From a virus (taxonomy: Duplodnaviria; Caudoviricetes): a stretch of DNA of 52,119 nucleotides. Position 1 is the stretch's first letter. Every line of letters starts with the position of its first letter. Made by a program: the position numbers and the translations under genes. Shown here piece by piece: positions 7,207-17,060 of this stretch. The stretch lies in IMG/VR virus record IMGVR_UViG_3300029183_000005, positions 1-52,119 of that record; one strand, given 5' to 3'. The notes beneath the pieces are model-generated. The model made no database searches and was not told the DNA's origin. It worked only from the letters and a program-made list of their open reading frames with translations.

Positions 7207-9035
7207 TGCACGACGCGCATCCCTATCACTGCATAACGGACCTCGCCGACCTCGACAAGTTGGTACAACTCGTTTACAAGGCAGGGATCTGTGCGATTGA
7301 TACGGAGACCACTGGTCTTGATGCGCGCACAGTTGACCTCGTGGGCGTGGCTATCACAACCATCGTGACTGGTGAGTTTGTTAGCGTCTACATCCCAGTC
7401 GGCCACCGCTGCACGAGTCTACAGTTGGACCAGGGCGATGTGCTAGCGCGTCTTGAGGGACTGTTGGCTAGCGGGGACGTCGTCCTGGTTCTCCACAACG
7501 CTCTTTACGACATGATTGTCTTTGATCGTTACGGGCTCGATCTCGTCAACGTGCACGACACCATGGTCATGTCCTACGCGCTGGACGTGAAGCGCAACGG
7601 TCTACTCCACAACATGGATGCGTGTGCCAAGCGTCATTTGGATAAGCGCACGGTCAAATTCGGCGAAGTTGTCCACAACCAGTCCGCTTGGCTACCCATG
7701 GACAACTTTGCCGATGTGCCTCTCGATGTTGCGACGTGGTACGCTGCTGAAGATACCGAGATCACACTGGAGTTGTTCTACACCCTGCAAGACAAGCTCG
7801 TCCAGAAGGGTCAGTGGGATATCTACAATTCAATTGACAGACCACAACTCTTCGGCCTGTTCGAGATGAAGGCGAATGGCATTGCGGTGTCTCGCGATCA
7901 ACTCAACAAGCTGGAGCTGGATTTCCAGGTTCGCATCCAGGAAATCGAACACAAGATCAAGAAGTTGGCACCCGGCCTGGAGTGGACCAGTAACCCTAAG
8001 CTCGCCGCCTACATGTTCGGACCAAAGGAACATGGCGGTCTCGATCTGAAGGTTCTGGAAACCACTAAGACCGGGCAACCATCGGTCGCTGCCGAAGTCA
8101 TGAAGCTCTACGAAGGGCAAGACCCGGTTGTCGACCTTGTTCTGGAATGGCGTGGGCTAGCGAAGCTCGTCAGCACGTACCTCCGTCCCATCGCGGAGAA
8201 GACGGACTGGGAGACGAGCCGACTATATGCCGACATCAATCCAGCAGTAACGGCGACCGGCAGGTACAGCGGCTCAAACCCTAACCTTCAAAACATCCCA
8301 CAACGCACACCCGATGGTACGAAGCTGAGGGGTCTGTTTGTTGCGCCTGCCGGTCGCCGTCTAGTCGGTGCGGACTACTCGAACATTGAGATGAGGATTC
8401 TGGCACATGTCAGCCAGGAACCGAAACTCCTCAAGCTATTCCGAGAAGGCGGGGACCAACACGCTGACACAGCATTTGATGTCTTCGGAGTCCAGGAGAA
8501 CGATGACAACTACAAAGAGATGCGGGACAGAGCCAAAACGCTCAACTTCGCCACTGTCTACGGCATCACATCAATCGGTCTATCAAAGAAATTTGGAGTT
8601 ACTCCGAGCGAAGCCCAAGATATCCTGGACCGATTTATGGACAGCCGCCCTAAGATGCGAGACTGGATCAATCGACAAAGCGAACAGGCAGGCCGCGGAT
8701 ATGTTGAAACGCTTTTTGGCCGTCGACTGTACCTTGGACGTGGCTACGGCGCTGAAAGACAAGCCGTCAACTACGTCATCCAAGGAACCGCCGCGGACTT
8801 GATGAGAGCTGCAATTGGGCAAGTTGCACAGTGCCTAGTTGAAGAAGTCCCGAGTGCGCAGCTTCTCTTGACCGTCCACGACGAACTGATTGTCGAGTGC
8901 GATCCGGATGACACGGGCAAGGTGTCTGAGATCTTGAAGCACGAGATGGAATACGCCGCAGAAGGCTGGGTCAACTGGTCTGTCCCGATCGTGGTGAAGC
9001 CGGACGTAGGGCAGAATTGGAAGGATCTGAAATGA
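7206..9035 (+). CDS. polA: Family A DNA polymerase with 3'-5' exonuclease domain
   Basis: ExoI DTETTG, ExoII HNALYD, ExoIII YAAED; TGRYSGSNPNLQNIP; motif A DYSNIEMR; motif B RDRAKTLNFATVYG (Phe at the 762-equivalent); motif C VHDE; no 5'-3' exonuclease domain. Confidence 0.97.
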   Translation: MHDAHPYHCITDLADLDKLVQLVYKAGICAIDTETTGLDARTVDLVGVAITTIVTGEFVSVYIPVGHRCTSLQLDQGDVLARLEGLLASGDVVLVLHNALYDMIVFDRYGLDLVNVHDTMVMSYALDVKRNGLLHNMDACAKRHLDKRTVKFGEVVHNQSAWLPMDNFADVPLDVATWYAAEDTEITLELFYTLQDKLVQKGQWDIYNSIDRPQLFGLFEMKANGIAVSRDQLNKLELDFQVRIQEIEHKIKKLAPGLEWTSNPKLAAYMFGPKEHGGLDLKVLETTKTGQPSVAAEVMKLYEGQDPVVDLVLEWRGLAKLVSTYLRPIAEKTDWETSRLYADINPAVTATGRYSGSNPNLQNIPQRTPDGTKLRGLFVAPAGRRLVGADYSNIEMRILAHVSQEPKLLKLFREGGDQHADTAFDVFGVQENDDNYKEMRDRAKTLNFATVYGITSIGLSKKFGVTPSEAQDILDRFMDSRPKMRDWINRQSEQAGRGYVETLFGRRLYLGRGYGAERQAVNYVIQGTAADLMRAAIGQVAQCLVEEVPSAQLLLTVHDELIVECDPDDTGKVSEILKHEMEYAAEGWVNWSVPIVVKPDVGQNWKDLK

Positions 9036-9220
9036 CCGCGAAGGCACAATTTATAGAGAAGGTCGCCAAGAAGATGCACGACGCAGCTTACACATGGCCT
9101 TGGCACCTATCGGACAGCGTGACCAGAAGTCGGTGCATGCGGATGGCGGAAGCTGCGTTCAAGGCCATTTACGAAGACATGACAGAGCAAGAACATATGG
9201 CCATCGAAAAGGGTGAGTGA
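9032..9220 (+). CDS. Hypothetical protein
   Basis: ATGA coupling to polA. Confidence 0.6.
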   Translation: MTAKAQFIEKVAKKMHDAAYTWPWHLSDSVTRSRCMRMAEAAFKAIYEDMTEQEHMAIEKGE

Positions 9221-9785
9221 AATGACAAAACCAGTGCACATCATGGTCGACATCGAGACGATGGGTACGAACTCGAACGCTCCGATTGTTTCCATTGGTG
9301 CCGTCGTCTTCAGTGAGAAAGAGGTCACCGACAAGGTCTTCCAGCAAAACGTGTCTCTCAAGTCGTGCATGGAACTCGGTATGAAGCCCGACCCGGACAC
9401 AATCATGTGGTGGCTTCAACAGTCCGACGCCGCAAGGGCCTCACTCACGGATAGCGATCCTGTTCATGTTTCGACTGTTATGTATAATTTTAGGTGGTGG
9501 CTGTTTTCTGTTACGGGTACTCTACAAAGACTCCGCATCTGGGGCAATGGCGCGAACTTCGACAATGTCATCCTGGCCAATGCATACCGATCTTGCGGTA
9601 TGGCCACTCCGTGGAAGCACTACCAAGACCGCTGTTTCAGGACGTTCCGCGAACTTCACGAGCCAATCGAACAGGCACAGTACAGGGTTGAACACGACGC
9701 ACTGTCTGATGCTGTTGCCCAGGCGATGACGATGGTTCTCATCCACGCACGAGACGGCACACCATTCGAAGGATCTGGACGATGA
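9213..9785 (+). CDS. DEDDh 3'-5' exonuclease (Rv2179c/exonuclease VIII C-terminal-like)
   Basis: IMVDIETMG...IVSIGAV...WGNGANFDNVIL...DRCFRT...HDALSDA. Confidence 0.9.
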   Translation: MSEMTKPVHIMVDIETMGTNSNAPIVSIGAVVFSEKEVTDKVFQQNVSLKSCMELGMKPDPDTIMWWLQQSDAARASLTDSDPVHVSTVMYNFRWWLFSVTGTLQRLRIWGNGANFDNVILANAYRSCGMATPWKHYQDRCFRTFRELHEPIEQAQYRVEHDALSDAVAQAMTMVLIHARDGTPFEGSGR

Positions 9786-10159
9786 CGAGTTTCTCAAAAT
9801 GGCACGATGATCTGGCCGACAGAGTACGTGCGAAAGAGCAGAAGGACAAACCGGCCGAAGCTAGTAAAGTTCCTGTCGGTTTGGATCTGGCTCGGGACGA
9901 CGAACTTCTGAAGCTGGCTCGAATGGCTGTCGAATCTACGTTTCAGAGCTTTCAGCCAGACAGTCGTGAGGGTCTGACGAACTCCTTGGCGGACATTCTG
10001 CGGGGATATGAACTCATCATGTCCGCGCGACCAATAGCAGTGAAGGTGGGAGCTAAGCGCCTAAGCAGCGACTTCGAGATTGAAATTCGATCCGATCGTC
10101 ACAGACGTTTCTATAGACGTTTGATCGACCGCGTGAACTGGAAATTCATTCCGGAGTAA
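9782..10159 (+). CDS. Hypothetical protein
   Basis: 125 aa, ATGA coupling. Confidence 0.7.
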   Translation: MTSFSKWHDDLADRVRAKEQKDKPAEASKVPVGLDLARDDELLKLARMAVESTFQSFQPDSREGLTNSLADILRGYELIMSARPIAVKVGAKRLSSDFEIEIRSDRHRRFYRRLIDRVNWKFIPE

Positions 10160-10163
10160 TCCC

Positions 10164-10832
10164 ATGACCGAACAACGTAAACCAATTCTCTGCCTCGACT
10201 TCGACGGGGTCATTCACTCGTATACGTCGCCGTGGACCAAAGCTGATGAGATCCACGACGGGCCGGTACCGGGCGCTATTGAATTCATCCTTGAGGCGAC
10301 CAAGCACTTCGAGGTCCACGTCTACTCGTCAAGGTCGGGAGATCGAGAGGGCTGGGCTGCAATGCAGGTTTGGCTGATGCGACACTTAGCGAAGACCGGG
10401 ACGATGGACGCGTTGAGTGCGCGTGCTTTTGCGTACGACGAGATTAAATGGCCCACCGAAAAACCACCGGCATTCGTCACCATCGACGACCGCGCTCTTA
10501 CATTTACCGGCACGTTCCCAAGTATCGAAGAGTTGAAGGCGTTCAAACCTTGGAACAAGGGCGGTCAGTCGATATCGGATGATCGAAAGACAAACAAATA
10601 TCGGAGAAAGCCGACTGTCATCGAGGCCGAGCAGTTCACGGCAGAGCATACGCCGCAAGGTGTGAACTGGGCATCCGTTGGTAGGTTCCATTATGTTGTG
10701 ACGATCCAGGAGATAAAGGTTCCGGTCAGTCCTGGAGAGTGGATCGTGAAAGAAGCGGACGGCATTCACTACTACCCGATCGCCGACGAAGAGTTCCGAC
10801 GCATCTACGAACCGGTTGGGGAGAGTACATGA
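10164..10832 (+). CDS. HAD-superfamily phosphatase fused to a conserved phage domain
   Basis: LCLDFDGVI (DxD), YSSR, KPPA..IDDRA; C-terminal KYRRKPTVIEAEQF...GEWIVK...YYP...F...YE. Confidence 0.85.
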   Translation: MTEQRKPILCLDFDGVIHSYTSPWTKADEIHDGPVPGAIEFILEATKHFEVHVYSSRSGDREGWAAMQVWLMRHLAKTGTMDALSARAFAYDEIKWPTEKPPAFVTIDDRALTFTGTFPSIEELKAFKPWNKGGQSISDDRKTNKYRRKPTVIEAEQFTAEHTPQGVNWASVGRFHYVVTIQEIKVPVSPGEWIVKEADGIHYYPIADEEFRRIYEPVGEST

Positions 10833-11110
10833 TCATCACGCAAGGCATACCTGAGGAAACGCAGTTCTGTCCGCTCCCTCCCCAGGCTTTCGTAGCAGAC
10901 GTAGTCTTTACGGCCGGGCAGTCGATGAAGGAGAAGTTGAGACTTATGGCCTTCGTCCACGGCTTCTACGAGGAAGTCAAGAAGTTCGGATGGAGCGGAG
11001 TGGACGAGATGCTCGAAGCCGATGTCAAGTCCAGGCCAGAACTCACTGAATACGAAGCGACATTGTTCTCCCTCACCCGTCGCGCAGCATATAACAGGAT
11101 TCCAGTTTGA
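10829..11110 (+). CDS. Hypothetical protein
   Basis: ATG 10829 overlaps the upstream stop, GGAG RBS. Confidence 0.65.
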   Translation: MIITQGIPEETQFCPLPPQAFVADVVFTAGQSMKEKLRLMAFVHGFYEEVKKFGWSGVDEMLEADVKSRPELTEYEATLFSLTRRAAYNRIPV

Positions 11111-12216
11111 TGGACATAAGAAAAGCAGTCATATCGATACTGCAAAAGAAGAACGACGGCTTTGGACATGATCGTTCAGAGACTGTCGGCGCTTCGGAGA
11201 TAGGCCAGTGTGCGCGTAAGGTCGGCTACATCAAGTCTGGGGTGGAAAAGGATGCGGGAGCTTCAGATCTCAACGGGTTTGCAGAACGTGGCAATGTCAT
11301 GGAAGACCACTTCTCTGCACCCATGCTGGAGCACATCGTCGAGTCTTTGGGCGGAACCATGTACTTCCATGGCCAAGCCAACCAAGAGTCACTCGTCGCA
11401 AAGAAGCTCCAGATCTCAGCCACTCCCGATGGGCTTGCTGTTGGCCTGCCTACTGGGGTGCTCATTTGGAGCGGTGTCCGGAAATTTTCTGGGACTCTAC
11501 TTATCGAGTTCAAGTCTTTCGACCCACGCTCCAACACTAGCAAGTTCCCCAAGTCCGAGCACATTGCGCAAGTGCAGCAAGGCATGGGCCTCATGCGTTT
11601 AGCTTGGAGTCAGATCTGTAAAGACCATGACTTACCGGCTGACACGCCCAAGCCAGACGCCGCACTGATCGTCTACGTGAATGCTTCTGACTACCTGGAC
11701 ATCCACAACTTCGCGATCAAGTTCGATCCTAAGGTTTACGACAACCTGAAGGCCCGGGCGGCGAGCATTATGGAGGCCGTGAAGGATAACAACGTCGAGG
11801 CATTGGCGCCGGAAGGTAAGGCCGGAGGTGACTGTCGGACGTGTGACTTCAACTCGAAGTGCGTCGGCTGGGCAGCGTTGGTGCCGGACAAGAAGAACGA
11901 CATCGACGAAGAAGCGTTCAACGAAATCAAGCACGTGGCCACGGAACTTCGGAAGGCCAAGTTGGACGAAGAAGAAGCCGCAGACGATCGGAAGGCGCTG
12001 GAAGGCCGGCTCAAGGAACTCATGGTCGCGAACCAAACGAAGTACCTGGACCGCGATGGCGTGAAGATCGGTTGGAACACCACGAAGGGGCGCGGCTCGT
12101 TCAACAGGAAGAAGGCCGAAGCAGTACTCACTGCCAAGGGCTACAAGGTCGATGACTTCATTACCGAGGGCAAGCCGAGTGAGAGCCTGAAGGTCGAGGT
12201 CGAAGGTATCGAGTAA
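11107..12216 (+). CDS. Cas4-like PD-(D/E)XK exonuclease (recombination)
   Basis: ASEIGQCAR, ATPDG, IEFKS, Q..Q, CxxCxFxxxC cluster. Confidence 0.85.
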   Translation: MMDIRKAVISILQKKNDGFGHDRSETVGASEIGQCARKVGYIKSGVEKDAGASDLNGFAERGNVMEDHFSAPMLEHIVESLGGTMYFHGQANQESLVAKKLQISATPDGLAVGLPTGVLIWSGVRKFSGTLLIEFKSFDPRSNTSKFPKSEHIAQVQQGMGLMRLAWSQICKDHDLPADTPKPDAALIVYVNASDYLDIHNFAIKFDPKVYDNLKARAASIMEAVKDNNVEALAPEGKAGGDCRTCDFNSKCVGWAALVPDKKNDIDEEAFNEIKHVATELRKAKLDEEEAADDRKALEGRLKELMVANQTKYLDRDGVKIGWNTTKGRGSFNRKKAEAVLTAKGYKVDDFITEGKPSESLKVEVEGIE

Positions 12217-12251
12217 CGAGTATCAACTAGCTAGATGATGAAAGGGCAAAC

Positions 12252-13193
12252 ATGGGCCAAGAACTAGCAATCAGAACTACGGCACAGCCTCTCATGGGGC
12301 GCACGATGTCTGATGTCAACTACGACATCCTGGACAAGGTGGCTGAAGCGTATCAGCAGATGACCGGCCAGGACAATCGACTTCCCGGTGAGCGGCTCCA
12401 GTTCAAGCAAGGCGCCTGGGTGATCGAGGGCAATATCAAGAACACTCTCGAAGCCGGCACCGAACTGATCGCCAACATGCCGAACCTCGTTTTTGCGTGG
12501 CGCCAGTTCCGCACGTCGCAGTCGGGCAAGATGTACCCTCACTACGAGGCCGTCGCTTACCCGCTGTCTGGTGAAGCGTTGCCGCCGCGCGAGACGTTGG
12601 GCGACACGGACCAGGACGACTGGGAACTGTACAACGGGAAGCCGAAAGATCCGTGGTCCATGGTCGTCATTCTTGTTCTGCGTGATGACCAGGACGACGA
12701 TCGGCTCTACAGGCTCGAACTGGACAACAAGTCTTCGGTGAATGCCATTCGTGATCTTCTCGGTGAGTTCGCCAAGGAAGCTCGTATGCACATGAACCAG
12801 TTGCCGGTGATTGCACTGGGTTCCGATTGGGCCGAGCGCAAGACGGACGAAGGTGAAACGCAGCGTTGGCAGAAGCCTGTCTTTGATATCGTCGCCTGGG
12901 AAGACCCGACTGAAGCCGACGACGTTGACCTTGGCGGCGATGACGCGGCCGACGACGGTGGAGATGCAGCGGCCGAGGAAGAACCGGCACCGAAGAAGTC
13001 ACGTAAGGCGAAAGCCGAAGCCGACGACAAGCCTGCCCGCAAGTCTCGGAAGGCGAAGCCCGAACCGGAAGCAGAGCCAGAGGTCGAGGAAGACGACGAT
13101 CAGGTCGAGGCCGTGAGCCGTACTGAGAAGGACACGGACGACCAGCCGAAGCCGACACAGAGACGTAGACGTCGGGCACAGCTCGATAGCTAA
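12252..13193 (+). CDS. Putative single-stranded DNA-binding protein
   Basis: Position after the exonuclease; LQFKQGAW, PKDPW, LPVIAL, PVFDIVAW; long acidic/low-complexity tail. Confidence 0.6.
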   Translation: MGQELAIRTTAQPLMGRTMSDVNYDILDKVAEAYQQMTGQDNRLPGERLQFKQGAWVIEGNIKNTLEAGTELIANMPNLVFAWRQFRTSQSGKMYPHYEAVAYPLSGEALPPRETLGDTDQDDWELYNGKPKDPWSMVVILVLRDDQDDDRLYRLELDNKSSVNAIRDLLGEFAKEARMHMNQLPVIALGSDWAERKTDEGETQRWQKPVFDIVAWEDPTEADDVDLGGDDAADDGGDAAAEEEPAPKKSRKAKAEADDKPARKSRKAKPEPEAEPEVEEDDDQVEAVSRTEKDTDDQPKPTQRRRRRAQLDS

Positions 13194-13232
13194 GATCTAA
13201 GCGAGGGCAGAGGGGGCTTACCTTCGCTACTG

Positions 13233-13271
13233 AGGGGCCGGTTGCATCGGGGGGTGTGGCCGGCCCTTTTT
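13233..13271 (+). terminator. Rho-independent terminator
   Basis: GGGCCGGTTGCATC/GGTGTGGCCGGCCC stem plus TTTTT. Confidence 0.8.
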
Positions 13272-13291
13272 ATAAAACAACATGAGGGAAG

Positions 13292-13948
13292 ATGATGGCA
13301 AAGATAACGTTGGAAAGTGGGAAGTTGTTCAACCTTCTGGACCCGGACCCGGAGCTGATCTGTCGTGAAGAAATAGCCCGAGTTTTGGCACACACGCCAA
13401 GGTTTCAAGGCAGGGCTCGGTTTTCTTTTGGCCGCGCTTGGACGGTACTAGACCACCTTATGCTTTGTGGCCAATTGTATCGCCGCGACTTCCACGATCA
13501 GCTGGACCCGGTAGTGGATTTTCACATTCTAGTGCACGACGCACACGAAGCGTATACGGGCGACATATCCAGACCCCTTAAGGAACAGGTTCCGGTGACT
13601 CTAGGAAACATCGAAGATGCACTGGACCATGCCATCTACAGACACTTCGGTATGTTCCGGCCGGCAGAGACGAAGCAGAAGGTTGTTAAGCGTTACGATG
13701 AACAGGCATTCAGCACTGAATACAGGCAGTTCTTCCTGGACAAAGCCCCTGAGTGGCTTCCGTGGGAGAATGGGTACCCGGCTGCACGGAGTATCAAACT
13801 AACAGCGCCGCCTCTAGTCTCCTTGCAACATGCGTGGTTGCTTAGGTTGGAAAACACATTGAAAGCGATAAGACGGAAAACTGAGGGCAGCTCCAATGGA
13901 AGCCAGCGAATTCTTGAACAATCTCCATTTCTGGAGTCCAGCTTCTAG
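13292..13948 (+). CDS. HD-domain phosphohydrolase (YfbR-like deoxynucleotidase family)
   Basis: IARVLAHTPRFQG, TVLDH, LVHDAHEAYTGDISRPLK. Confidence 0.88.
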   Translation: MMAKITLESGKLFNLLDPDPELICREEIARVLAHTPRFQGRARFSFGRAWTVLDHLMLCGQLYRRDFHDQLDPVVDFHILVHDAHEAYTGDISRPLKEQVPVTLGNIEDALDHAIYRHFGMFRPAETKQKVVKRYDEQAFSTEYRQFFLDKAPEWLPWENGYPAARSIKLTAPPLVSLQHAWLLRLENTLKAIRRKTEGSSNGSQRILEQSPFLESSF

Positions 13949-15053
13949 CGGCACTGTCGAGATCCGCATCAAGTCCGAAGAAGGACCTATGGTCGGCCGA
14001 CACTTCACGAAATCACCGTCCGAGGTCGACAAGATTGTCAAGTCGCAACAAACGAAGAGCCTGCGCAATGCTGTCTACTACGGAATTGGCAAACGTCGGA
14101 AAGGTGCAAAGACCGGTACGAAGGAAGACATCCAGTCCGTCCCTTGCCTATGGGCCGACGTCGACACGAGAAAGATGGGATGGGATGTTCTGGGAGTGGT
14201 CCGCTTCCTGCATTCGTTACCATTCCCGTTACGGCCTTCGGCTTTGGTCTTCTCCGGTGGCGGACTCCACGCTTACTGGATGCTCGAACAGCCGTTAGTT
14301 TTCGGGAAGGCTCACACAAATGAGTGGCACCGAAAGGTAGAGCAGTTCGAGGCCGTCAACCGCGTTTGCCAGGACGTATTTTCCAGCGACGCGGTCCACG
14401 ACATCGGCCGAGTTCTTCGCCTACCGGGCACCTGGAATACAAAGGCACATTTGGTCGAGGACAAGTATACGAACGCTCTGAAGTACGCAACCAAGGCCGA
14501 GGTCGTATGGTGCTATTGGTGGCAGACGGCGACGCTCGAAGATTATGCGGTCGCATTCGACGATTTAAGCGCAGAGGGCTGGTGTCTTGGAAATGGGGAA
14601 TGGCAGACCGTCCAGGATCGAGATGCCGCTCTACAGTCCGATTCGGTGGATGAAGAAGGTGCTCTGAAGGTCGCGGCGTACCACACGAAAAAGGACGCGC
14701 CGGCTGGTTGGCATGCCATTTGGGATCGGTGCCGGTATCACGCAGGTCCGGGGTACATTGGTGTGGATGAGGCTTCTATGCGTGCGACTGCTTTCGTGTG
14801 GTGTCGGGCGGACAATGCCATCGATCCGGACGTCCTGGTCGAGCGTGTGTTGAAGAAGATCAAGGAAGTTAAGGACCGCGACGCGTCGGATGAGATTTGG
14901 GACTGGCAGAAGGAAAGGGCCAAAGTCTCCAAGCAACTTCAGAAGTGGGTAGCCAAGTGGGAAGTTTTGAAAGCACGCTTAGACCAACAAGCCAAGGCCG
15001 AACGGGCCGCAAAGAGGAAAGCCGCGAAGGATGGGAAGTCAGGAAAAGATTGA
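13896..15053 (+). CDS. Primase (RepB/AEP-like)
   Basis: LWADVD, SGGGLHAYW, DIGRVLRLPGTWNTK. Confidence 0.88.
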   Translation: MEASEFLNNLHFWSPASSGTVEIRIKSEEGPMVGRHFTKSPSEVDKIVKSQQTKSLRNAVYYGIGKRRKGAKTGTKEDIQSVPCLWADVDTRKMGWDVLGVVRFLHSLPFPLRPSALVFSGGGLHAYWMLEQPLVFGKAHTNEWHRKVEQFEAVNRVCQDVFSSDAVHDIGRVLRLPGTWNTKAHLVEDKYTNALKYATKAEVVWCYWWQTATLEDYAVAFDDLSAEGWCLGNGEWQTVQDRDAALQSDSVDEEGALKVAAYHTKKDAPAGWHAIWDRCRYHAGPGYIGVDEASMRATAFVWCRADNAIDPDVLVERVLKKIKEVKDRDASDEIWDWQKERAKVSKQLQKWVAKWEVLKARLDQQAKAERAAKRKAAKDGKSGKD

Positions 15054-16494
15054 TACAAGCATCGAGTTTTTCTTCGATGACCTGACCGGAACGGATGAAG
15101 ACTATGCATTCACGAACGGACTTGGATACCACTACCAGCGCGGAGTGTGGCGGCCGATCGAAGACAAGGTCACGTTCACCACACTCTTCGACGCCAAACT
15201 CAAAGGTGCTTGCGAAGGCAACGGCGCGGAGTTCTCTAAGTGGTATTCAGCGATCGTCAAGACGTTGGAGACGGTCAGTATGTCCCGTGTGCCGCCACTG
15301 GGCTTCGACGCTGATCCAAACCTGTATGACCGGGGACCGTATCTCGTCACTCCGAATGGCACGCTTGACCTTGGTGTTGAGCCTGTTGAATTGCTTGAGT
15401 GGCAAAGAGAACACGGAACAACACAACGCATCGACATCGAGTTCGACCCAAAAGCCGAATGTCCCGAGTGGCTCGCAACTCTGCATCGTATGCTCGAAAG
15501 CGATGGACGAACCGAGAAACAAAGATGGGAGATCATCCACTTCCTGCAAGAGTGGGTCGGAGTCAACCTTGTCGGAGTCAGCGCCAAGCAAACTCGTGGG
15601 CTCAAGTCTGGACTTATTATTGATGGACCCAGTTACACCGGTAAGAGCACCTTCGCCGACATGTTCAAGGCGTTGATCGGAGAGAACAACTACATCAGTC
15701 CGAAGTTGGACACACTGAGTTCGCAGTTCGGTAAGTCGATCCTGATCGGGAACAAGCCGCTGATCTCCGACGATGGTATCGAGATTGGGAGTAAGGCGGA
15801 CGCTTCGGTTCTCAAGCGGATCATCACCGGTGAGGATATGACAGTCGACCGGAAGGGTATGTCTCTGGTCACGTTGAAGTATACGGGTGCAGTTCTCTGG
15901 ACGACGAATACGTTGCCGGACATCCACGATGAAAGCGACGCAGTCTACAACCGGTTCGTACTCGTTCGGATGGCTCGGGTGTTCAGCAAAGAGGAAGGCG
16001 CTAAGACGTTCAAGAACATGTCGCCGATCGACTTCTTCAGGAATGCCGGTGAGTTGCCTGGCGTTCTTAACTGGGCACTTGAAGGGTACGGCAGAGCATA
16101 CGACCGCGGGCACTTCAAGGTTCCGAAGGAATGTGCGTTGGCCAGCCATGAGTTTCGCATGGAGAACGACAAGATCTATGCGGCGCTCCACAAGCTGTTT
16201 AGACCGTCAAAGAAGAAGGGTGTCTGGGGTGCGGCTCTCGCGGCCATCATCTCCGAGTACGCGTTGACGCAACACCAGGAACGGATGTCGATCGCGAAGG
16301 CTATGCGGGTGACGAAACGTACGGCATCGGATGTCTACCACGGCATTGACGTCGAGGATACAGAGAAGGGTCCGCTGTTTCACAACCTGCAACTGACCCA
16401 ACTGGGCAAGAATTTCTGGGCAATGGTGTCCGCACCCGAGAGGAAGGTTGCACAACTGAAGCACCTGGAAGGTCCAGAGGAAGCACTAATATGA
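15031..16494 (+). CDS. D5/P4-type SF3 helicase
   Basis: D5_N-like PNGTLDL, AECPEW; Walker A GPSYTGKST; LKRIITGE; motif C WTTNTLP; YNRF. Confidence 0.92.
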   Translation: MGSQEKIDTSIEFFFDDLTGTDEDYAFTNGLGYHYQRGVWRPIEDKVTFTTLFDAKLKGACEGNGAEFSKWYSAIVKTLETVSMSRVPPLGFDADPNLYDRGPYLVTPNGTLDLGVEPVELLEWQREHGTTQRIDIEFDPKAECPEWLATLHRMLESDGRTEKQRWEIIHFLQEWVGVNLVGVSAKQTRGLKSGLIIDGPSYTGKSTFADMFKALIGENNYISPKLDTLSSQFGKSILIGNKPLISDDGIEIGSKADASVLKRIITGEDMTVDRKGMSLVTLKYTGAVLWTTNTLPDIHDESDAVYNRFVLVRMARVFSKEEGAKTFKNMSPIDFFRNAGELPGVLNWALEGYGRAYDRGHFKVPKECALASHEFRMENDKIYAALHKLFRPSKKKGVWGAALAAIISEYALTQHQERMSIAKAMRVTKRTASDVYHGIDVEDTEKGPLFHNLQLTQLGKNFWAMVSAPERKVAQLKHLEGPEEALI

Positions 16495-16994
16495 GGATCA
16501 TGAGCGTCGACCCTGGAGAGAAGGGGGCCATCACGATCATCGACGAAGAGTTCATAGACATCGTCGATATGCCGGTGATCGTGTGGCAGGAGAAGACAGG
16601 TAAGAAGAAGCGAAGGGTGTTGGTCGATGGCGAAGCAATCTCAGACATCATTTGCGACGCAGACCCCGACATCGTTGTCGTTGAAGATGTGGGAAGCATG
16701 GGTGCGAGCGACCACAACAAACTCGGTTCGGTTGCTAAGTTGGTGTTCGGGTACGGCATTGTTGTGGGCGCGGCCATGGCACGAGGAAGATCTGTCCACT
16801 TGGTTCGACCGGCAGTATGGAAAAAGGATCTTGGACTTACCGGACGATCCAAAGAAGGATCACACGCGCTCTGTCTGAAATTGTTGCCCGAGTCCAAAAA
16901 TTTTTTGTTCGGACCTCGGGGCGGTAAAAAGATCGACCGTGCAGAGAGTTGTCTGATCGCGTTATATTACGCTCGCAAGCACAAGGTATGGTAG
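16491..16994 (+). CDS. RuvC-like Holliday junction resolvase
   Basis: SVDPGEKGAI, VVVEDV, VRPAVWKK, DRAESCLIA. Confidence 0.9.
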   Translation: MRIMSVDPGEKGAITIIDEEFIDIVDMPVIVWQEKTGKKKRRVLVDGEAISDIICDADPDIVVVEDVGSMGASDHNKLGSVAKLVFGYGIVVGAAMARGRSVHLVRPAVWKKDLGLTGRSKEGSHALCLKLLPESKNFLFGPRGGKKIDRAESCLIALYYARKHKVW

Positions 16995-17008
16995 GTCCAC
17001 TTTTCGTC

Positions 17009-17037
17009 TTGCGCAACATGTGGATTTGAGTCATAAG
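17009..17037 (+). promoter_or_regulatory. Possible weak promoter of the HTH regulator
   Basis: TTGCGC-N17-CATAAG flanked by GTCCAC and GTGGAT half-motifs. Confidence 0.35.
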
Positions 17038-17060
17038 GTCTTCAGAAATGGAGGCCCAAG

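Noticed and set aside
7206-9035. Introns, inteins or stop-codon recoding in core genes
   Set aside because: PolA, TerL, portal and helicase are uninterrupted and of normal length; TAA, TAG and TGA all end genes
11107-12216. CRISPR-Cas system
   Set aside because: Solo Cas4-like phage nuclease; no repeat-spacer array or other cas genes seen
13292-13948. Z-genome (DatZ/PurZ/DpoZ) or other base-modification pathway
   Set aside because: HD hydrolase and PolA are present but no PurZ, MazZ, queuosine-pathway or thymidylate-modifying genes are visible
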